A stretch of DNA of 63,202 nucleotides, filler included, from an uncultured Myxococcia bacterium (lineage in GTDB: Bacteria; CAZTWC01): the NCBI GenBank assembly GCA_964617105.1. It is 10 parts of 10 records of this genome, joined end to end, with 100 filler letters (N's around TTAATTAATTAA, not from the genome) between each part and the next. Parts side by side here need not be neighbours in the genome. Positions count along the whole stretch, not along the records: positions 50,794 to 56,953 come from CAZTWC010000235.1; positions 57,054 to 63,202 come from CAZTWC010000236.1; 8 more parts are not named here. One strand, written 5' to 3'. Under the pieces are notes generated by a model, which was not told where the DNA came from, ran no database searches, and saw only the letters and a program-made list of their open reading frames with translations. Shown here piece after piece: positions 52,309 through 63,100 of the stretch (within the stretch, counting starts at the first letter, position 1; each line of letters starts with the position of its first letter). Both the position numbers and the translations under genes were made by a program.

Positions 52309-52482
52309 TTAGTAGCCGTAGCCAGTAGTACCGTACACGCTGCCAGAAACTGAGCCGTAGGTGCTGACATAATTTCTATAGGTGTAGGTATAAGTGCGGG
52401 GAGTGCAGTAACGGTCACGAATACTGGAGGTATAATACTTTATACAATGTGCGATAACGTAGGAAGAATTGGCTATTCCCAT
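52309..52482 (-). CDS. 57-aa Tyr/Thr/Ser/Gly-rich small ORF, or orphan C-terminal fragment
   Basis: Manual translation MGIANSSYVIAHCIKYYTSSIRDRYCTPRTYTYTYRNYVSTYGSVSGSVYGTTGYGY; followed by a terminator. Confidence 0.5.
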   Translation of the reverse strand: MGIANSSYVIAHCIKYYTSSIRDRYCTPRTYTYTYRNYVSTYGSVSGSVYGTTGYGY

Positions 52483-52483
52483 T

Positions 52484-53017
52484 TTACCGGCAGGGCGCTC
52501 TCAGCACCTCATCTTTTAAAATAAGCCCGGCCTGGGCAGCGGTTTTACCTCTTGCAATCTTTTTGCCCCGGCGGATCTCCATGGGGCCAAAATCCTTTAC
52601 TTTACTACTCACCGCTGCCATAAATTCAGTTGGATAGGTGTGGGAAAATCGAAAATCCTCAAACAGGACAAAATAGTCACTGGAAAAATCGGTTTTATCT
52701 TCCAGTTCACAAATCCATAAAGCCTGACCATACAGAATGGGCTTTAATGAGGCTAAAATATTTTGGTACTGGTGGTTTTTATGGTTCAACAACTTATATA
52801 ACTCCAGGTAGATGTCATATTGAACCAAAAATCTAACCCGGTTTTGCAGTCCAGGATATTTTTCCTTGGCAATCAGGGCCAGATGGGGACTATTGGTATA
52901 GATATGGTTTATATTTTTCCCTTTCTTATTTTCTTTTATATCTAGCCAGGCCAGACTTTTATCTAGTTGAGGCGGCGAAAAGGCACGCCTAAAATTGTTT
53001 TGCCACTCCCCTTCCAT
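52484..53017 (-). CDS. Hypothetical protein, probably a fragment of a membrane protein
   Basis: In-frame upstream hydrophobic WPIVLAIALVVIF with no obvious proper start. Confidence 0.4.
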   Translation of the reverse strand: MEGEWQNNFRRAFSPPQLDKSLAWLDIKENKKGKNINHIYTNSPHLALIAKEKYPGLQNRVRFLVQYDIYLELYKLLNHKNHQYQNILASLKPILYGQALWICELEDKTDFSSDYFVLFEDFRFSHTYPTEFMAAVSSKVKDFGPMEIRRGKKIARGKTAAQAGLILKDEVLRAPCR

Positions 53018-53056
53018 GAAAATAACGACCAGGGCAATTGCTAAAACTATTGGCCA

Positions 53057-53596
53057 TTGAAAAAAGCGGCCAAAGGTTTGCTCAAATGGGCATTGACTAC
53101 TTCGGTGGGCTTTTCTCTGTTTGCTTTTGCCCCCTTGTCTTTGCTTATGTTGTTGAGAACTAATGCTTCAGGAGGATTTTTCCGGGAAAAACGGATCTCT
53201 TTTAACCCGGACCAGCCTCTTTGCCAATTAACCGATTTTCAAGGCCGGCTGGGTTGCCTGGAGTTGAAAAGACTGGATATTCGCAACCGGAAGCGCCGGG
53301 ATAATGCTTTGAAACTTATGGATATGCTCCAGGGAATTTCCGGATTGAAATTTCAGGATTTTAATCCTGGGGCTACAAATACCTTTAATGCCCTGGCCGC
53401 CAGGGTTTCTAAGGTCCAATTTTTAAACCGGAAACTCTTGCTGAGAGGAATCGATATCAGAGAAGACTATATGGAGTGGTTTGGTGATAAGAGATCCTTT
53501 GAAGAGGAAGTGGTTTATTTGCCGAACCATCCTGGCATGTCGGAACATCAAGTAGAATATATGGCTGAAACAATAAAACAATGTTTGACAGATTGA
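53057..53596 (+). pseudogene. DegT/DnrJ-like aminotransferase C-terminal fragment
   Basis: LTDFQGRLG..LKRLD..NRKRRDNA, LLLRGID, YLPNHPGMS; no PLP-binding N-terminal half. Confidence 0.65.
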
Positions 53597-53656
53597 AAAA
53601 AATCAACTCCTTCACCCCTATACTTTCAGATCTATGGGAAGGAGCATCTGCCTTTT

Positions 53657-54619
53657 TTGCAGAGTTTAGATTATCAGGTGATCTGTTGTGATGTGGATTC
53701 TCAGTATCCCCTTATGACCGTGGACACAGTGGCTGATGCCTGGCGCCCGGGAATCTCCTGCCTGGTGATAACCCATCTCTTTGGCCAGGTGGTGGATAGC
53801 CAGGAGATTTTGGATTTTGCCCATCAGCGCGGCACCCTGGTTATTGAAGATTGTGCTCACGCCCTGGGATCAATTTTTCATGGTAACTCCGTGGGATTAC
53901 AAGGTGATGGGGCTATCTTTAGTTTCGATTATTTAAAACCGCTCAACACCTTTGGCGGTGGAATGGCTATTGCCAAAGATCCTCAGGTCATAGAAAAAAT
54001 CGAGAATGTCACCAATCATACTCCCATCTCCGCCGCGGGAGTGTTAAAAAAATTTTTTACCGGAATTGGGGAAGATCTTCTCTTTGCCGGGTCCTGGCTG
54101 CCAATCCCCACTGGTTTGCTGGCTTTGGAGCAGACCCAGCCAATAATGGAATATCTTGATAAGATTATCCGCCGGCATAGTTTGCCAAAAGTAGATACTT
54201 TTACCCGGTTGAGTAATCTGCAGTCAGCGGTGGGGCTAGAGCAACTAAAGACTCTGGAGGCCAGGATGAGAACCAGGAGAAAAGTGGCTGGCCGGATTCT
54301 TGAGGCGCTGGAGTTGGAAGCCCCACAAATGGAGGAAACCTCTTCAATCCGTCAAAACGCTTATTTTGTGGTGGTAAGAGCCGCCCCTAATTTTGAGGCA
54401 AAAAAATTACGCCAAAAGTTGTGGCTCAAGGGTATAGATTCGGGAATCAACACCGAGGTGGCTGACTATTTACCCGGCGTGCTTGGCCAATCACCTCAAC
54501 CAAATGCCTATAACTGGTATTCATCGGCGATTCAACTGCCCGGTTTTGAAACTCTTACTCTGGGCCAACAGGAACGCCTATGTCGGAAACTGTATGCTTT
54601 TAGGGGCAAGATGATATAA
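53657..54619 (+). CDS. DegT/DnrJ/EryC1/StrS PLP aminotransferase, N-terminally truncated
   Basis: THLFG, IEDCAHALG, IFSFDYLKPLNTFGGG; the family N-terminal segment is missing. Confidence 0.75.
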   Translation: MQSLDYQVICCDVDSQYPLMTVDTVADAWRPGISCLVITHLFGQVVDSQEILDFAHQRGTLVIEDCAHALGSIFHGNSVGLQGDGAIFSFDYLKPLNTFGGGMAIAKDPQVIEKIENVTNHTPISAAGVLKKFFTGIGEDLLFAGSWLPIPTGLLALEQTQPIMEYLDKIIRRHSLPKVDTFTRLSNLQSAVGLEQLKTLEARMRTRRKVAGRILEALELEAPQMEETSSIRQNAYFVVVRAAPNFEAKKLRQKLWLKGIDSGINTEVADYLPGVLGQSPQPNAYNWYSSAIQLPGFETLTLGQQERLCRKLYAFRGKMI

Positions 54620-54704
54620 GCGCCCTAAGGGAGAACATAGACCTCGATGTATAGTTGGTCTTTTTTCCGTGTTAAGAAAGTTGAGCCGAATATGTCCAAA
54701 TCTA

Positions 54705-54733
54705 TTGACACATTTTAAGAAGAACGCTATAAA
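54705..54733 (+). promoter_or_regulatory. sigma70 promoter of the oxidoreductase operon
   Basis: TTGACA-17 nt-TATAAA; AGGAGG RBS before 54821. Confidence 0.55.
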
Positions 54734-54820
54734 TAATAATTCATCTTTACCTTGTTTAAGTCTTAAAAATATTATAACCAACCTTTTGATTATTCTAGAG
54801 AAAACCAGGAGGAAGATATT

Positions 54821-55945
54821 ATGCCAGAGGCAAATGGAGAGGGAGCGGAATTCAAAGGTCTCTGCTCCACCTGTAATCATAAACTTCAATGCGTTTATGC
54901 CAAAAGAGCCACCAAACCGGTGTGGTTTTGCGAAGAGTTTGATAGTTATGTAGGGCCGGAAGAAAAAGAGGAAGTAGAAGCCATCCCGCCAGCGGTCGAG
55001 GAGGTGGTGGAAGAGGATTACTTTCCCGCCCAACTGATTGGACTGTGTAAAGATTGCGATCTCAATGATACCTGCTCAATCCCCAAACCAGAAGGTGGGG
55101 TCTGGAATTGCGATGACTACCGGGAATTCAAAAGGATGGATCTGGAACGGGAGTTCTCCCTTTTGGAGATTTTAGAGGAGATACAGGGGCAGTATGGTTA
55201 TCTTCCGGAAAATGTTTTAAACAAGGTATCCACCGATACTGGCTATTCCATGGTGGTCATTTATGGGGTGGCTACTTTTTATAAATCCTTTAATTTGAAA
55301 CCCCGGGGCAGGCATATCATCTCCATCTGTCTGGGCACTGCCTGCCATGTTCGCGGCGGCCCTGCCGTGGCCGAGGCTTTTGAAAAAGAGTTGGGTATCT
55401 CTGCCGGAGAGACCACTGAAGATAAAGAGTTCACCCTGGAAACAGTAGCCTGCTTGGGGGCTTGCGCCCTGGGTCCAATTGTGGTGGCTGATGGGCATTA
55501 CTATTCGAAAGTTGGTCCCAAAATGGCGAAAAACATAATTCAGGAAACCGCTAAAGGGTTGGATATGCTGGAAGTGGGGCCGGATCAAGAGACTTTTCCG
55601 GTGGAACTCAGTTGTCCGCGCTGCAACCACACTTTTATGGATCCACACCATAAGCTTGAAAATTTACCCTCCATTAAAGTAACTGTATCTTTTGGTGGAA
55701 AATACGGCTGGTTGAGGTTATCCGCCCTTTATGGAAGTTACACGGTGGAGAGCAAGCATGAAATCCCTAAAGGTGCGGTGGTAAATCTGTTTTGCCCCAA
55801 TTGTCATGGTGAACTTCTAGGTTCAACAAAATGTGCAGAATGTGGAGCCGGTATGGTGCCTATGATCGTGCGAGGCGGCGGAATAGTGCAAATTTGTTTG
55901 CGTCGTGGATGTAAGGGCCACATGCTTGATTTGGGTAGCAGTTAA
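54821..55945 (+). CDS. NuoE/HydC-like [2Fe-2S] subunit with extra N- and C-terminal Cys-rich domains
   Basis: GVATFY, CLGTACHVRG, VACLGACALGP. Confidence 0.88.
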   Translation: MPEANGEGAEFKGLCSTCNHKLQCVYAKRATKPVWFCEEFDSYVGPEEKEEVEAIPPAVEEVVEEDYFPAQLIGLCKDCDLNDTCSIPKPEGGVWNCDDYREFKRMDLEREFSLLEILEEIQGQYGYLPENVLNKVSTDTGYSMVVIYGVATFYKSFNLKPRGRHIISICLGTACHVRGGPAVAEAFEKELGISAGETTEDKEFTLETVACLGACALGPIVVADGHYYSKVGPKMAKNIIQETAKGLDMLEVGPDQETFPVELSCPRCNHTFMDPHHKLENLPSIKVTVSFGGKYGWLRLSALYGSYTVESKHEIPKGAVVNLFCPNCHGELLGSTKCAECGAGMVPMIVRGGGIVQICLRRGCKGHMLDLGSS

Positions 55946-55995
55946 AGACCCGGGCAAGCACCGGGAATTTTTTTCTCTTTAGAAGGACATAATTC

Positions 55996-56953
55996 ATGGA
56001 AAGACAAACTTCCATTGATGGATTCAAAGCATTACAAGAACGGATCATTGAAAGTCGGGTTCCAGATTTACCCACAATTGTCATCCCGGCTGGTACCTGT
56101 GGACAGGCCAGCGGCACTAATGATCTGATTCGAATTGCCAAACGGGAAGTTTTAACTAAAAAACTTTCCGATTCCATAAAACTGTGCATCACTGGTTGTC
56201 ATGGCTTTTGCGAAATGGAACCTTCCCTGCTGATTGAACCCCAGCGGACATTCTATCCAAAAGTAAAACCAGATGATATGCCGCGAATCGTAGATGCGGT
56301 TGCTAAAGGTGAGGTGATTGAAGAGTTGCTTTACCAGGATTCTGGCACCGGAGATAGAATAGAAAAACAGGAAGATATCCCCTTCTTTAAAAATCAGATC
56401 CGGACCATACTCTCTAGAAGTGAAAAAGTGGACCCCATCCGCATTAAACACTATATAGAAAACCAGGGTTATTCCGCCTTTATAAAGGTTCTTACCCAGG
56501 GAGACCAGAAAGCGGTTATCGAGGAGATCAAAGAGTCTGGAATACGTGGACGCGGCGGCGCCGGTTTTCCGACCGGCCTTAAATGGGAATTTTTAGCCCG
56601 CCAGCCAAGTGGTAAGGGAAAATTTTTAATTTGTAACGCCGATGAAGGCGATCCCGGTGCCTATATGGATCGGAGCCTCCTGGAAGGCAACCCCCACAGT
56701 ATAATTGAAGGGATGCTTATTGGCGCATTTGCCACTGGTGCTACCGAGGGGATTGTCTATGTTCGCAGCGAATATCCCCTGGCCATCAAGCATTTGATTA
56801 TTGCTTTGGCACAGGCGCGCGATCTGGGCCTGTTGGGTGACAGTATCCTTGGCACTAATTTCTCTTTCAAAATCAAGATAGTAAAGGGAGCCGGGGCTTT
56901 TGTGTGTGGCGAAGAAACCGCTCTAATCCACTCCATAGAAGGAAAAATGGGCG
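55996..56953 (+). CDS. NuoF/HydB-like NADH-binding flavoprotein subunit, 3'-partial
   Basis: N-terminal thioredoxin-like TGCHGFC domain; GRGGAGFPTG, CNADEGDPGA, GAGAFVCGEETAL. Confidence 0.92.
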
Positions 56954-57054
56954 NNNNNNNNNNNNNNNNNNNNNNNNNNNNNNNNNNNNNNNNNNNNTTA
57001 ATTAATTAANNNNNNNNNNNNNNNNNNNNNNNNNNNNNNNNNNNNNNNNNNNNG

Positions 57055-57429
57055 AAATACATGGCGCAACTCGGGGTCCAATGGGCTCCCCTGTATGGCA
57101 AACTGAATTTGACTTCCGAGTTGGATATTCATGTGAACTGGTTTATCAATGCTGGTTTAGGCATTGCCGGTGTGCAGCGTAAACTTTTTCAAAAGAGCAA
57201 GGCCAAAACCAGCGAAGTTGTCCCGGCTGGGAATTTTGGCACTGGCTTTAGATTTTTTATCACCAAACACTGGGTAGCCAGGTTTGAGGTTAAAAACTAT
57301 CTGTTCTGGAACAGTGTGGAAACCGTGACCAAAGATTTGACCAATGCCAGCGCTCCATCCCAGCGTAGCACTGACACCGATTTTGTCAATGTGCTGTTTT
57401 TAGGTTTTGGGGCTGGATATATTTTTTAG
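57055..57429 (+). CDS. Myxobacterial-type outer-membrane beta-barrel (GltA/B-like), 5'-partial
   Basis: WAPLYGKL, GTGFRFF, C-terminal GYIF. Confidence 0.75.
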   Translation, partial: KYMAQLGVQWAPLYGKLNLTSELDIHVNWFINAGLGIAGVQRKLFQKSKAKTSEVVPAGNFGTGFRFFITKHWVARFEVKNYLFWNSVETVTKDLTNASAPSQRSTDTDFVNVLFLGFGAGYIF

Positions 57430-57526
57430 TAACTGTTCAATGGAACAGGAATCAAAAGATTTAATTCATTTTATCCTGTCTAATATCATATAAGGTGAAC
57501 GGCTACAGTATTTAGAAGGTGATTTT

Positions 57527-58459
57527 ATGAAAAAGAGATTATTTGCCATTTTTACTTGTTTGGCTCTTTTGGTGTCGCTGGTTATCTCATTTGAGGCCAG
57601 AGCCCAGGACTGGGAGTCTGAGTTTGAAACTGAGATGGACAAGGGGCCATCAAAAAAAGTGAAGAAAAAAGGGACTTCCAAACCGGCAAAGCGTACCGGC
57701 GTAATGCCCGAAGCGCAAGCAGCACCACCGGTGCCGGAAGAAGATAAGGAGTTAGGGAAAAAAGAGGCTGAGGAAAAGAAAGATTACCAGTATTTAAGGA
57801 TTCACGTTATTGAAAAGCGGATGTTTAATATCAGTGGAGTGCATGAACTGGCGGCTGTCTATGGTTTTACCCTGAATAACAAGTTCAAGTTTCACAATGC
57901 CTTTAGTGGGCAATATATTTATCATATAAATGAAGTATTGGGTCTGGAGGCAACTTTTGGATATGCTATGGGAAGTGACACCAACTTGAAAGATGAGTTT
58001 AAAAACATTTTGCAGGTGGAACCCAATATCCCAGATTCAGAAATTGACATGTTCGGCCATCTATGCCTGCAATTCAGCCCTTTTTACGGCAAGTTTTCAG
58101 TGCTGGAATGGGCCATAGTTCATTACGATTTTTATACCACGGTGGGGCTGGGCATGGCCAGGTCGATTTTGAACACCGAGGAGCGTACTGACGATGGCGA
58201 TCATATCTTTAAAAATCGGATGAAATTGACCGGCGTATTGGGTGGAGGTTTTCGTTTCTTTATTAATCGCTGGGTGGCCATTCGGATGGAGTTTAAGGAT
58301 ATAATTTATTCCGACCAAAAAGTATATGATGAGCAAAAAGCTGCCAATTTTACCGATACCGACCAGGCGAGAAAAGATTTTAACCAACACCCCATCAAAC
58401 TTAACAGTGGTGTTTTTAATACCATTATTCTCAATTTAGGTTTGAGCGTTTTGCTCTAA
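57527..58459 (+). CDS. Myxobacterial-type outer-membrane beta-barrel (GltA/B-like)
   Basis: IHVIEKR..HEL, FSPFYGKFS..HYDFY..GLG, GGGFRFF..W. Confidence 0.8.
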   Translation: MKKRLFAIFTCLALLVSLVISFEARAQDWESEFETEMDKGPSKKVKKKGTSKPAKRTGVMPEAQAAPPVPEEDKELGKKEAEEKKDYQYLRIHVIEKRMFNISGVHELAAVYGFTLNNKFKFHNAFSGQYIYHINEVLGLEATFGYAMGSDTNLKDEFKNILQVEPNIPDSEIDMFGHLCLQFSPFYGKFSVLEWAIVHYDFYTTVGLGMARSILNTEERTDDGDHIFKNRMKLTGVLGGGFRFFINRWVAIRMEFKDIIYSDQKVYDEQKAANFTDTDQARKDFNQHPIKLNSGVFNTIILNLGLSVLL

Positions 58460-58526
58460 CTAAACTGCTTGGTACCAAATAAAAAAGGCATGTTACCAAT
58501 GATATGGCTTTAATAAAGGGATAAAA

Positions 58527-60071
58527 ATGAATAAAAAGATTATTTTAGCTACACTATCTTTACTGTTTGCCCTCAATTTCTTGTCTTTTCCGGCTTTTAG
58601 CCAGGGGACGGATAAAGTTACTGAAATGAATCAGGGTATCAGGGCTTATAATGATAACAATTTTGTGGATGCTGCGTTTTTCTTTTATGATGTTTTTGAA
58701 ACCACCAGGACTTTGAAACTTAAGCGCAAAGCCGAGTATTATTTAGGCCGTTCACTGGTAAAACAGGGATTATACCAACCGGCACTCTACTATTTTAGTG
58801 TAATTTTTAAGCGAGGTCCGCGCCGCAACAACCCCTATTATTTCAAGAGTATTCAGGGCTTGACTCAGGTGGCCAGCGCTGTTAAAGACGATGTTATTAT
58901 CCCCTCTCTATTCGATAAACATTACAATGCCAGGTTTAGCAAACTGCCAGCCAAAATTCTCTACAAAATCAATTTAATGGTGGGGCTGCTCTCTTACCGT
59001 AAAGGAAAATTTGATGAGGGGCTCGACTTCCTATCAGCCATTCCCCGGGAAAATGAGAACTATGTGAACGCTGTTTATCTAAAGGGAATAATTTACAGCC
59101 ATCCCAGGTACGCTAAAAAGAATTTTCATAAAGCCCTCACTATGTTTAAAGAGATTCTGGAGATAACTGACGGCAAAAAGGAAGAGAAAGATAAGCGTTA
59201 CAACAGCATATCAACTATCGCCATGGCCAGAACCTACTACGGCATGCGTAAATATCCGGAATCGGTAGAGTATTATAAAAAAGTTGAACGTTTTAGCCAC
59301 TCCTGGATCGATGCTCTGTTCGAAAGTAGTTGGGCCTATCTGCAAATGGATGATTACGGTAAAGCCCTGGGGAGTATTCACTCTGTTCAGGCACCCTATT
59401 TTCGTAGTTGGTATATGCCCGAAAGTTGGATCGTTAAATCAACAATCTTTATTCTTAATTGTCTTTATGAAGAAACCAAACTTTCCACCAAGGCTCTTTT
59501 GGATGAATATGGACCAATTGCAGAAAACTTAAAGGTTTTGTTGGAGAAAAGAGCCAGGTTGGCGTTTTATCTAAAATTAGTGATCCCCATGGAAGGTGGA
59601 GAGAGCACTGTCAGTGTACTGCCCAAGAAGATTCGTCACCACTTGATGCGTAACCGGCGATTTAATAACTTTTACAACTTTATTATGGAGATGGAGAGGG
59701 AAGAGAAGTTTATTGACCAGGTGGGCACCTGGCAGGGGGCAAAAATAAGCAGCGAATTCAAACGGATAATCGATATGCAGCGCAAGACCATGGTGCGGGT
59801 GGCTGGACAGTGGGTCTTGACCAGATTGAAAAATATTTATGACAGTTTAATCGACCATATTAACCAGGCCAGGCTGTTGAGTTTTGAAACATCCAAAGCG
59901 GAAAAGAATCTTTACTTGAGCACCATAGACCTGGAGAAAAGACTTGCCGGCATTGCGGGCCGGCCCAATATCCATTCCCAGTATATTTACTGGACTTTTG
60001 GAACCGAGTATTGGCTGGATGAGTTGGGGTATTATGAGTATACCCTGGTTAATGCGTGCCAAGAGAGATAA
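58527..60071 (+). CDS. gltC: GltC-like TPR gliding-motility protein
   Basis: Signal peptide, TPRs, ALFESSWA..ALGSIHS, C-terminal YWTFGTEYWLDELGYY...C. Confidence 0.75.
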   Translation: MNKKIILATLSLLFALNFLSFPAFSQGTDKVTEMNQGIRAYNDNNFVDAAFFFYDVFETTRTLKLKRKAEYYLGRSLVKQGLYQPALYYFSVIFKRGPRRNNPYYFKSIQGLTQVASAVKDDVIIPSLFDKHYNARFSKLPAKILYKINLMVGLLSYRKGKFDEGLDFLSAIPRENENYVNAVYLKGIIYSHPRYAKKNFHKALTMFKEILEITDGKKEEKDKRYNSISTIAMARTYYGMRKYPESVEYYKKVERFSHSWIDALFESSWAYLQMDDYGKALGSIHSVQAPYFRSWYMPESWIVKSTIFILNCLYEETKLSTKALLDEYGPIAENLKVLLEKRARLAFYLKLVIPMEGGESTVSVLPKKIRHHLMRNRRFNNFYNFIMEMEREEKFIDQVGTWQGAKISSEFKRIIDMQRKTMVRVAGQWVLTRLKNIYDSLIDHINQARLLSFETSKAEKNLYLSTIDLEKRLAGIAGRPNIHSQYIYWTFGTEYWLDELGYYEYTLVNACQER

Positions 60072-60179
60072 ATTCGGATGCATCTTCATTAGCTGCGTTG
60101 CAGGTGATCCCTGTGGGAAAGGTGGTCCATTTAGGGGTGTGGATAACAATTTTTTTGAAATTTTTAGAGGGGATTTGTT

Positions 60180-63100
60180 GTGTTAAGAGGAAAAATATTC
60201 TTGTGGGCCTTTACTTTTTCAATGGCTCTGGCGTTTTCAATGGTATCAATTGATGCTTTCCAATCAGAAGGTCAGTTTATTCAGGCTGCTCAAGCCAAGA
60301 AGAAAACCAAGAAAAAAAGGAAAAAGCGCCGCATTAAGAGAAAGTTGCTAAAGGGCCCATCTTTGGATGATGCCCGTACCAAAAAAACCAAAGATGAAAA
60401 AGAGAAAAAAGAGATTGAAAAGGGACCAGCCAAGTTCGACATGCCCAGAATGAGGGTTCCCTCCAAGGATGCCGAACGAAATGTGTTGGCCGAAAAAAAA
60501 CGGGATGAGGCTATTGAACAGTTACGTAAACTGATTCCAACTTTCCCAGACAGCCCCCAGAAGGCAGATTTGCTTTTTCAATTAGGCGAACTTTATTGGG
60601 AAAAATCAAAATACCTCTACTTTCAAGAGATGAAAGCCTACGACCGTCTTTACGACCGTTATTTGCAGAAAGAAGATAAGGGTTTAAAGGTTCGTGAGCC
60701 CAAGATGAACGATAAAAGATCTGGTATTGTTAAAAAACAATCCATGAAAATCTATAAACATATATTAAGGAAATACCCCTACTATCCCAGGCGGGACGAA
60801 GTTCTCTTTATTATGGGATACAACTTCTACGATATGGGCAAAAAACGCAAAGGGGTGGGCCATTACTGGAAATTGATTAAACAGCATCCCAAAAGTCCTT
60901 ATGTGCCAGACGCCTACTTGGCCATGGGCGAGCATTTTTTCAATCAGCGAAAATTGCAGAAAGCCATCACGGCCTATAAGAAGGCTATGAGCGACCGCAA
61001 GTCTAAGGTATATGCTTATGCTCTCTACAAATTGGCCTGGTGCGACTTTAATTTGGGTGAGTATGCTGAGTCTATCCGCAAATTTAAGAAAGTTATCGCC
61101 TACAGTGAGTTGCAAAAGAAGAAGGCAGACGCCAACCGGATTCGGCTGACCAGAGAGGCACTCAACGATATAGTTCTTGCCTTTAGTCAGGTGGATGCAG
61201 TGGAAGCTGCCAAGGAATACATGGAAAGGGTGGGAGGAATCGAAATTGGTCACAAACTCTTTACCAAGTTGGCCAGGATCTATATGGATCAAGGAAAATA
61301 CGAGCAGAGTATCCGCTCCTACCGAATCTTGATTAATGAAAATCCCTTCTCGCCCATGGCGCCAGTATATCAAGGCAAAATTGCCCGGGGGTTTGATCGG
61401 ATGGGCAGTAAAAAGCGGGTGATTGTGGAGATGAAGCGTTTGGTAAACCTATACCGTCCCCGTTCACCCTGGGCTAAGGCCAACCGGGCCAACAGGCAGG
61501 CGTTGATAAATGCCTATGATTTGACGGAAAGCGCTTTGCGGGAATTGGCCATCAACTATCACACCGAAGCGCAAAAAACTGGAAGTCAAATTACTTACAA
61601 AACCACCCGAGAGTTGTATAAACAGTATTTGAAAAATTTTCCAAAAGGCGCTCATGCTTATAAGTTACGTTTTTTCTACGCCGAAATTCTCTTTTTGATC
61701 CAGGAGTATGAAATGGCCTCCAACCAGTACGACCTGGTGGTGAAGGAGAAACCAACCGGGCTGTATGCCAAGAATGCAGCATACAATGCTATTTTGGCCT
61801 ATGAGAAGTTAGTGTATGGTTTTAAAAAGCGTACTTTGAGAAAAGGGGAAAAATTAAAAGAAAAGGAGCATAAAGGCAATATCAAACGGATGGTAAAAGT
61901 TAAGAAACTGGTGAAAGGTCGGGAATATGAGAAAAAGGATATACCCGATTACGAGCAGAAACTGGCCGCTAGTTGTGAGCGTTATTTTAATATCGCCCCC
62001 AAGAGTCAAGAGTTGAAACTGGTAAAGTTTAAAGCCGCCAAGATTTACTATGATTACAACCATTTTGAAGAGGCAGCCAAGAGGTTTGGGGAGATTATAT
62101 CCCGCTGGCCCACCAGCAAATTTGGCAATATGGCGGCTCATTTGATCCTGGACAGTTTTAACGTCAAGGAGGACTGGGTAAATCTCAACAAGTGGGCGCG
62201 GATATTCCGGAAGAACAAGAAATTGACCAAGGGTAAAAAGAGGAAAAAATTTAGTAAAGAACTACAGTCTCTTATTGAGGGAGCATCCTTTAAAATTGTT
62301 ATGGGAATTGAGGCTGAGAAAAAATATGAAGATGCAGCCAAAAAGTATCTGGTGTTTGTTGATGAGTTTCCCAAGTCTAAATACTCGGATACCGCCTTAT
62401 ACAACGCCATGGTCGCCTATAACAATCTGGAGAAACTAGACAAGGCCGCTAAAAGTGGTGAGAGATTATTGGCCGAATACAAAAAAACGAAATTGGCGGA
62501 GGACTCTTTATGGAAATTGGCTTCTTTCTACGGTCATATGGCTCACCTGAAAAAATCTGCTGATTATTATCACAATTTTTCCAAAAAATACAAAAAGAGT
62601 AAAAAACGGTGTGATGCCCTGTTTAATTCGGCCGTTCTTTATGAAGGGTTGGGGGATAATACCACTGCCATTAAGAATTATAACAAATATGCTAAGATCT
62701 GTAGGAAAAACAAAGATGTTCCCGACATCTATTTCAAAATTGGCCTTATTTACAACAAAGAGGAAAATTGGCCTAAGGCTTTAAGGATATTCACCAGATT
62801 TCCTCGAAAATATCGCAAGAAGGGAACCCCCCTGCGTAAATACAGCGCTCTCTATTACCAGGCCAAGGCGTTGATGAACATGAAAAAGGTAAAGCGGGCC
62901 GAACGTCTCTATTTAACTATACAAAAAGAGTATCATAAACTGCCCGAAGAGTTGAAAACCAGCCAGCAAGTATTGCATTACGTGGCTGAGACCTATTTTT
63001 ATTTCGTGGAGCAGGAGTTTGTCAAATATTTCAACATCAAGTTACGGTTACCTCAGCGGCGCTTGAGGAAGGACCTCAAAGCCAAGGCCTTGGCTTTGCA

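Noticed and set aside
52309-52482. Tyr-rich peptide as the substrate of the nearby radical SAM pair
   Set aside because: The two lie on different contigs separated by an artificial linker, so proximity in the window is not evidence
60765-62410. Minus-strand ORFs in the track
   Set aside because: Antisense shadows of the plus-strand TPR gene starting at 60180
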